A stretch of 64,000 nucleotides of DNA, from positions 3,168,001 to 3,232,000 of the forward strand of contig OZ240248.1 of the NCBI GenBank assembly GCA_965198235.1, written 5' to 3'. The translations under genes were made by a program, and so were the position numbers. Under the pieces are notes generated by a model. That model did no database searches. It saw only the letters and a program-made list of their open reading frames with translations, and was not told where the DNA came from. Positions 58,400 to 64,000 of the stretch are shown piece after piece. This stretch comes from Candidatus Poribacteria bacterium (GTDB taxonomy: Bacteria > Poribacteria > WGA-4E > WGA-3G). The number at the start of each line of letters is the position of its first letter. The first letter of the stretch is position 1.

Positions 58400-59164
58400 T
58401 TAAAGCGAGAGGATTCCACCCTCAACGAGCATCGGGGCACCCGTCATGTATCTGGATTCATCGGAGGCTAAATAGACTGCCGCCCAAGCGATGTCTTCGG
58501 GTTCGCCGATGCCTAACGGATGCATCTCTTTGATTTCTTTGTTGATCGCTTCTGGATCGGGTTGCTTCGATAGGAATTCTTGGTAGAGTTCGGTGTTAAT
58601 TGTACCCGGACAGAGGCTGTTGACCCGGATGTTGTCTTCAGCATACCGAACCGCCATGCTTCGTGTGAGATGTACCACAGCGGCTTTGGAAGAGGTATAG
58701 GCGGGGTGCATCGGGAATCCAACATAGGCGGATTCACTCGCCATATTGATGATCGAACCGCCACCAGATTCGCGCATCAGTGGTATTATCGCCCGAGAAA
58801 CGAGATAGATGCTCTTCACATTGACAGCGTATTGGTGATCCCAGTCTGCTTCGGAGATTTCTTCTAATTCGCCTACGACGGCAATACCGGCGTTGTTAAA
58901 CAACACATTTGGGGTACCAAGTTCAGATGTGACTTGGGCAACGGCACTCTCGATCTGTGCAGTGTCGGTTACGTCGCACTCGCAAAAAAGGGCGGTCCCA
59001 CCGGAGGATCGAATCTGCTGCGCGGTTTCTTCACCGCGTTCTGCGTTCAAGTCCCAGATAGCCACAGCTGCGCCTTCACCTGCAAAGAGTTCAGCACTTT
59101 TCGCTCCGATTCCGCGAGCTGCCCCGGTAATAACGGCGATCTTATCTTTAAGTCGGTTTGCCAT
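58400..59164 (-). CDS. SDR family oxidoreductase
   Basis: TGAARGIG, NNAG, YTSSK. Confidence 0.92.
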   Translation of the reverse strand: MANRLKDKIAVITGAARGIGAKSAELFAGEGAAVAIWDLNAERGEETAQQIRSSGGTALFCECDVTDTAQIESAVAQVTSELGTPNVLFNNAGIAVVGELEEISEADWDHQYAVNVKSIYLVSRAIIPLMRESGGGSIINMASESAYVGFPMHPAYTSSKAAVVHLTRSMAVRYAEDNIRVNSLCPGTINTELYQEFLSKQPDPEAINKEIKEMHPLGIGEPEDIAWAAVYLASDESRYMTGAPMLVEGGILSL

Positions 59165-59174
59165 GCGTATTCCT

Positions 59175-60005
59175 TTAGAGTCCGTGCAGGAGAGATACCC
59201 ATCGCTCCCATGCGGCTTTGGTGGCAGCTTTCTGTGCTTCGTTGGCATCTTCTGCCATACCGCGTCTCAGGAAGGCGTGACCGACACCTTCATAGATGAC
59301 GGGTTCGTAGGTGACGTTTACGGCATCAGCGGCTGCTTTTGTGGCATCAATCGTGGCATTGATACGGTTGTCGCTCTCGCCATAAAAGCCGTACACGGGT
59401 GCTGATATTTTGGGGACATCTTCCGTTGAAGGTGCACGACCGTAAAACACGAAGCCAGCGGCTATTGTGTCGGAATTGACGGCGTAACTAAACGTTTGAC
59501 CGCCTCCCCAACAGAATCCGGAGACTCCAACTTTTTCGTTGGTTGAAGGTAGATCGCGGACATATTTCTGGACGGCATCCAGATCCGATGTGACTTGGGA
59601 GGGTGAGAGTTCACGGATAGTCCGTCGGACATCATCACCGGCGTCGAAACTTTCTGTGCCGCCACCGTCAGGACCCATACCAGAAAGCAGATCCGGACAA
59701 ATTGCGACAAACCCTTCAGCGGCGAGCGTGTCTGCCACGAGCCGAATCCAATCGGTGAGTCCGAAAATCTCGTGGATAACGATGATAGCCGTTGCGGGTT
59801 CTTTCACTTCTGGATAAACAACAAAGGCATTGACGGTACGGGCATCAGAGGTTGTTACTTTCACCCATTCGCCGTGGCGTGGTGATGCTTCGAGTTGAGA
59901 TTTTATACTATCAGCCTCTGCGTCGGCAATGGACAATAAACCGGTAACAATAATACCCAGCATGAGGGCATGGCATATCTGCATAGTTTTCTCCTTATTT
60001 TTCAT
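59175..60005 (-). CDS. Dienelactone hydrolase family protein
   Basis: HEIFGL, GFCWGG, GHAF. Confidence 0.9.
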   Translation of the reverse strand: MKNKEKTMQICHALMLGIIVTGLLSIADAEADSIKSQLEASPRHGEWVKVTTSDARTVNAFVVYPEVKEPATAIIVIHEIFGLTDWIRLVADTLAAEGFVAICPDLLSGMGPDGGGTESFDAGDDVRRTIRELSPSQVTSDLDAVQKYVRDLPSTNEKVGVSGFCWGGGQTFSYAVNSDTIAAGFVFYGRAPSTEDVPKISAPVYGFYGESDNRINATIDATKAAADAVNVTYEPVIYEGVGHAFLRRGMAEDANEAQKAATKAAWERWVSLLHGL

Positions 60006-61095
60006 TTGCTTTGTGAATAATGGATTCTACTACTTTCTGCATTTCGGTGGCAGGCATTGCGCCGAACAGGAAAAAGTGAATATCCGAACTGGACCAGCTG
60101 AAGGCATGGGTCGGTCCGCGCTGGTATTTATGAACGCGGGTGCCGTCAAGTTCAATTACATCTGATTCTCTATGTCTTTCACTGCCACGACGCGCTCGCT
60201 TGTCTGTTGTTTCAAATATAGAAAAACCCAACAGACCGTCTGTATAAATTAGGTGAATTGTATTCTTTTGGTCCTTTATGCTGTGAACATCCTCCAGCTG
60301 AAACCCCGGGGGCAGGTACTCAGGCTGGATGGGTTCGATTTCAAGTATCTTTTCTCCTTCGGCGATCGAAATTGAATGGCTGCGTGGGGGTCGCGGTTTA
60401 ATGTCTTTTTCAAAGACCTTCCATTTGCGCTCCACGGTTTCGGGATCGAAACTAATTCGGTTGTAGACAAACATCTCCCGAAGCACACCTTCAGCGTCCA
60501 GGTCCTCTACTCGCAAGATAACACCGTTTCCGCGGGCAAAAAAGATTCGCTTTGTGGGCCTACCGGCGAATTTGGGTGTGATCGTTAGGATGTTAGTTTC
60601 ATAATTCGCTGTTTTTTCTGTGGATACCGATTCTTCCAAGTTATAATTTTCGGCAATCAACTCGATCTCTTTCTTTGAAAATTGACTCCTAACTTGTCGC
60701 CATTCGTTCCGGTCCCGATTTCTTTCCCGACGGTCTCTGCGATTCTCGTTGTTGTCTCTTTGCCTGTTATCGTTGCGGCGTTCGTTTCTGTCTCGTGAAT
60801 CTTCGGACGATTGTCGTTCGCCGACTACGGATACCACCTTCCGGTACGAAGCATCTACAGATTTGTGAATGACCACTTCTTCAAAAGTACGTGTGCCTCT
60901 TGACGAGCTAAACGTCTTCAAGCGTAATCCTACGTAACTGACTTTGTGTTCGGCTTCTGCAATGCGTTCAAGCGTACTGATGTCAGCAAAAAGTATTTGA
61001 GGCATCCAGAGCAAGGAGGCTAAAACTGAAATGCAAAGGCGGTGATGTTTAGATTGCAAACCTTTATGAAGGATTAAATATGTGGGCATTCGCAT
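59995..61095 (-). CDS. MucB/RseB-like periplasmic anti-sigma regulator
   Basis: Lies after the ECF sigma and anti-sigma genes; VSYVG; P.YLPPGF; YTDGL..FSIF. Confidence 0.7.
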   Translation of the reverse strand: MRMPTYLILHKGLQSKHHRLCISVLASLLWMPQILFADISTLERIAEAEHKVSYVGLRLKTFSSSRGTRTFEEVVIHKSVDASYRKVVSVVGERQSSEDSRDRNERRNDNRQRDNNENRRDRRERNRDRNEWRQVRSQFSKKEIELIAENYNLEESVSTEKTANYETNILTITPKFAGRPTKRIFFARGNGVILRVEDLDAEGVLREMFVYNRISFDPETVERKWKVFEKDIKPRPPRSHSISIAEGEKILEIEPIQPEYLPPGFQLEDVHSIKDQKNTIHLIYTDGLLGFSIFETTDKRARRGSERHRESDVIELDGTRVHKYQRGPTHAFSWSSSDIHFFLFGAMPATEMQKVVESIIHKANEK

Positions 61096-61126
61096 AGATT
61101 CACCTGTCTGGTTCCTATTGGACAAT

Positions 61127-61897
61127 TTAATTCCCTACATCTTCCAGATAGAGGTCGAGAATTTGTTCGATGTCGTCAGCCGCTTCTATAACGACAGATT
61201 CCTCTGGCTGTGTTGTACTGAGCGGTGTGCTGACGTTTGATTTCAATGGGTTGTCTTCGAGTTGTTCAGTATAAAGCCCGAAGTAAAAGTCGAGCGTTTC
61301 TTCATGTTGCGGAGCAGTTGGATAAAAATAGAGGGCACCCAAAATCAGTACGAGCGTCAGAATACCGGTCGCGCCTGCGGTAACGGGACGGAAAAACCAG
61401 CGTCCAAGATCAGGCATCCATCGCCCTATATCGGGTATCCATCCGGCACGAGTAGGTTCCTCTTCGCGTGCCTGTGCTGCTTGTTGGCGTATTTTCGCCA
61501 TCACTGCGTTTTCAATAGATGACGGTGCGGGATGCTCAAAACTTTTGATCTGCTCTCGGTTTTGGCGAAACGCTGCCAGCATATCGGAACACTCACCGCA
61601 GGCGTGGAGGTGTGCTTCAATTCGATCGCGCATCGCAGGAGCCAATTCGTTGTCGAAATAGGCAGATAATTCATCTTGAAACTGCGTGTGTATTTTTGCC
61701 ATCACTCCGTCTTTGAGCGTTGATGGCACTGGACGCGCGATGTTTGTGACTATCTGGCGGTTCGTTTGAAACGTTGCCAGCATATCAGAACACTCGTCGC
61801 AGGAACGCAGATGTGCTTCAATCTGCTTATGTCTGCTTGGGCTTAATTCGTTATCTAAGTAGGCTGATAATTCCTCTTGGATTCTTTGGTGGTTCAT
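61127..61897 (-). CDS. Transmembrane anti-sigma factor with two zf-HC2 (ZAS) domains
   Basis: Two LSAY.DNEL.......IEAHL..C.EC repeats plus one TM helix. Confidence 0.85.
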   Translation of the reverse strand: MNHQRIQEELSAYLDNELSPSRHKQIEAHLRSCDECSDMLATFQTNRQIVTNIARPVPSTLKDGVMAKIHTQFQDELSAYFDNELAPAMRDRIEAHLHACGECSDMLAAFRQNREQIKSFEHPAPSSIENAVMAKIRQQAAQAREEEPTRAGWIPDIGRWMPDLGRWFFRPVTAGATGILTLVLILGALYFYPTAPQHEETLDFYFGLYTEQLEDNPLKSNVSTPLSTTQPEESVVIEAADDIEQILDLYLEDVGN

Positions 61898-61928
61898 GTC
61901 TTCAATCGAGGATAGTGGTAGAAGGTGT

Positions 61929-62549
61929 TTACCACTCAACTCGCTCCAGTTCTTTTTTCAGTGCTTTTCGGGCTTCATGTAACCGGGATTTAACGCGTCC
62001 GAGTGTGCATCCCAGGATTTCAGATATTTCTTCATAAGGCAGATCTCGCAGTTCTCTTAGCACCAGGATCTCTCTATGGCTGTTCTTGAGCTTTGCGAGG
62101 GCGGCGTGAACGATTTCTTTTTCTTCAGTACGTAGTGCTTCTTCTTCAGGTGTTACTGTATCAAGGGGTACCCACGGTTGTGAGTCATCAATCTCTGTTG
62201 GGTCGGTTTTTCGGCGTTGATACTGATCGATGTGATTAAGACACTTATTTTTCACGATACGGTAGAGCCATGTGGAAAATCGGGAGCGAAATTGAAATTT
62301 CTCAATGTTTTCCCATGCGGAGAGGAAAGCATCTTGCGCGACATCTTCAGCATCTTGGTGATGACCGAGCATACCGTAAGCGATGTTATAAACCCAGTGT
62401 TGATATTGAATCACAAGGGTTCCCATTGCATCGGCATCGCCTTTTTGACAGCGCAAAACAATCTCACGTTCCTGTGTGAGATCTAATTCTTCTGTCTTGC
62501 TTATCGCCGAATAGGTTTCCATAGTAGCTGTAAGGGTTGCAACGGACAT
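61929..62549 (-). CDS. ECF RNA polymerase sigma-70 factor (RpoE/SigW-like)
   Basis: DAEDVAQDAF, FSTWLYRI, YEEISEILG...GRVKSRLHEAR. Confidence 0.92.
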   Translation of the reverse strand: MSVATLTATMETYSAISKTEELDLTQEREIVLRCQKGDADAMGTLVIQYQHWVYNIAYGMLGHHQDAEDVAQDAFLSAWENIEKFQFRSRFSTWLYRIVKNKCLNHIDQYQRRKTDPTEIDDSQPWVPLDTVTPEEEALRTEEKEIVHAALAKLKNSHREILVLRELRDLPYEEISEILGCTLGRVKSRLHEARKALKKELERVEW

Positions 62550-62629
62550 ACTTCTTCTCCAAACTGCCGGGATAAAGAACATGCTTTTATTCAATTAGAC
62601 ATCTAAGAAAACAAAAGGTTCGTTTTGTT

Positions 62630-64000
62630 TTATTTCAGCACGTTTTTTTTACCCGGTGTGGTTTGGACCTGTTTGAGTTTGCCACTACCATTCGGCCATC
62701 TGCCGAGGGCAACATCCTTCTCCTGTTTATCAAACGTCACTGTATCAAGTACTTGGTTACCGCGTATATCGGTATCAACGAGCATCACGGTTTCGCCGTT
62801 ACGGGACAACTTGAAGTTCGCATGGAGTCCCACGTCGGCTTTACCGTCTTCATCTAACCACACAAGGAGATAGCCCTGTGCTGGAATTGTTGTATTCTCA
62901 GGAAATGCCCATTTTTTTAGATTGTTCATCTTATCTGTTAGATACATCCCGGAGAGATTCACTACGTTGCTGGTGAGGTTGTGCAGCTCAAGCCAGTCTT
63001 CGTGGTGCCCTTGCGGATCGGTAAGGCTTTTGGTATTGAACGCCATTAGTTCGTTAATAACGATTGGTGTATCTTTTGCAACGGAAACACCAATTCGGTA
63101 CTGTGCCGCGCCTTGCTCTGATCTTGCAGGTGAAAAGTCAGTTGTGCCGTGTGTCTTGACCGCGTTCGCCTCTACATAATAGTAAACTGTGGTGTCTGCG
63201 GGAAAACCGGGGATGTGTCCAACATAACTATCCCTTTCTTTTGTCATCGTCACCTGATTGAAAACGATGGACCGATCGGTACTATAATGCAACAAAACCG
63301 AATCAACGGCAATTGATTTGTCGAGTGTTGCTTTAACCGAGACAGATTGATTCGCTACCGGAGGCGTTTCAGATCCGACTTCAACCGAAACAATCTTTGG
63401 CACCGGTCTGCTAAGTTCCGGGTGATTGCTCAGATGCTCGCGTCTTTCGATAACAAAACGCTTGAGATCCATGGGCGTGTCAGTTGCAAAGTCTGCATAT
63501 CCATAAAGTTTCTTATCGTCTTGCTGAACTTCGGCATCAATAAGCGTTTGATATTCCTTAATAATCGGTTCAAACACTTCCCAATCGAGCCATTCATCCA
63601 CGACGGTTCGGACGTGTGCGAGATACCGTGCCCGCCACTGCGGGTTTGAGAGCAACCGCTTAATAAGTGGACGGAAAGCATTGTCTTCATGGGCGATAGG
63701 AGATACCATTCCATTCGTTAAGTCTCCCCATGACCAACCACCGGGACCTCCACCACCAGGACCCCCTCGCCCTGATCGACCAAATCTGAAACTTTCATTG
63801 TTGTCGTGGGGTATGAGGTGGAATCTGCCGTTGACATCTTGATAGAGGGCGTAGTCACCGCCTTTGTGGATGTAGCCGTCGTCATCCATAAAGACGTTTG
63901 AAACGGCGAGTTGCCACAGTACTTGATCGATATTAAGAACGGGTGGGAGATTTTCCACGAGTTCCGTATCAGGTGTGGAATCATCAAGCATTTTAGTGAG
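62630..64000 (-). CDS. CotH kinase family protein with C-terminal lamin-tail domain (5' truncated)
   Basis: DDGY...DY.LY...IPHDNNESF; IVINELMA.N...DWLELHN. Confidence 0.8.
   Translation of the reverse strand, partial: LTKMLDDSTPDTELVENLPPVLNIDQVLWQLAVSNVFMDDDGYIHKGGDYALYQDVNGRFHLIPHDNNESFRFGRSGRGGPGGGGPGGWSWGDLTNGMVSPIAHEDNAFRPLIKRLLSNPQWRARYLAHVRTVVDEWLDWEVFEPIIKEYQTLIDAEVQQDDKKLYGYADFATDTPMDLKRFVIERREHLSNHPELSRPVPKIVSVEVGSETPPVANQSVSVKATLDKSIAVDSVLLHYSTDRSIVFNQVTMTKERDSYVGHIPGFPADTTVYYYVEANAVKTHGTTDFSPARSEQGAAQYRIGVSVAKDTPIVINELMAFNTKSLTDPQGHHEDWLELHNLTSNVVNLSGMYLTDKMNNLKKWAFPENTTIPAQGYLLVWLDEDGKADVGLHANFKLSRNGETVMLVDTDIRGNQVLDTVTFDKQEKDVALGRWPNGSGKLKQVQTTPGKKNVLK

Overview
Bacterial chromosomal window. 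The gene set (WD40, ankyrin, LamG, YCF48/BNR and PhyH proteins, EutN/CcmL shell genes, FlgD/T9SS-like C-terminal domains, a C-terminal 'V.P..LL.T.WG.vK' motif) suggests Candidatus Poribacteria; this is an inference. Left end: an AT-richer DUF1998 helicase plus PD-(D/E)XK nuclease pair, then an ankyrin protein. A long minus-strand block follows: ribD-ribE-ribBA-ribH-hisH, a GAF histidine kinase, a sigma-54 response regulator, two EutN genes, a lipoprotein and a C25 gingipain/PorU-like peptidase. Further right are an unannotated UGA-readthrough peroxiredoxin-like selenoprotein, a single-chain restriction-modification gene, TA modules, metabolic genes, gene remnants, an ECF sigma/anti-sigma/RseB locus and a partial CotH gene. 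The main observation is a family of intergenic two-hairpin elements (P1-RRRMAC-P2, then a 22 or 24 nt tail ending TTAAAAn-ATG). It sits at a fixed distance upstream of at least 8 start codons that lack a properly spaced Shine-Dalgarno, with compensatory stem changes and G-U pairs on the mRNA strand. It is a candidate undescribed translation-initiation or leader RNA system. Two further candidate pseudoknotted leader RNAs and several MITE/REP-like repeat families are also present. All calls are by eye; no searches were run.
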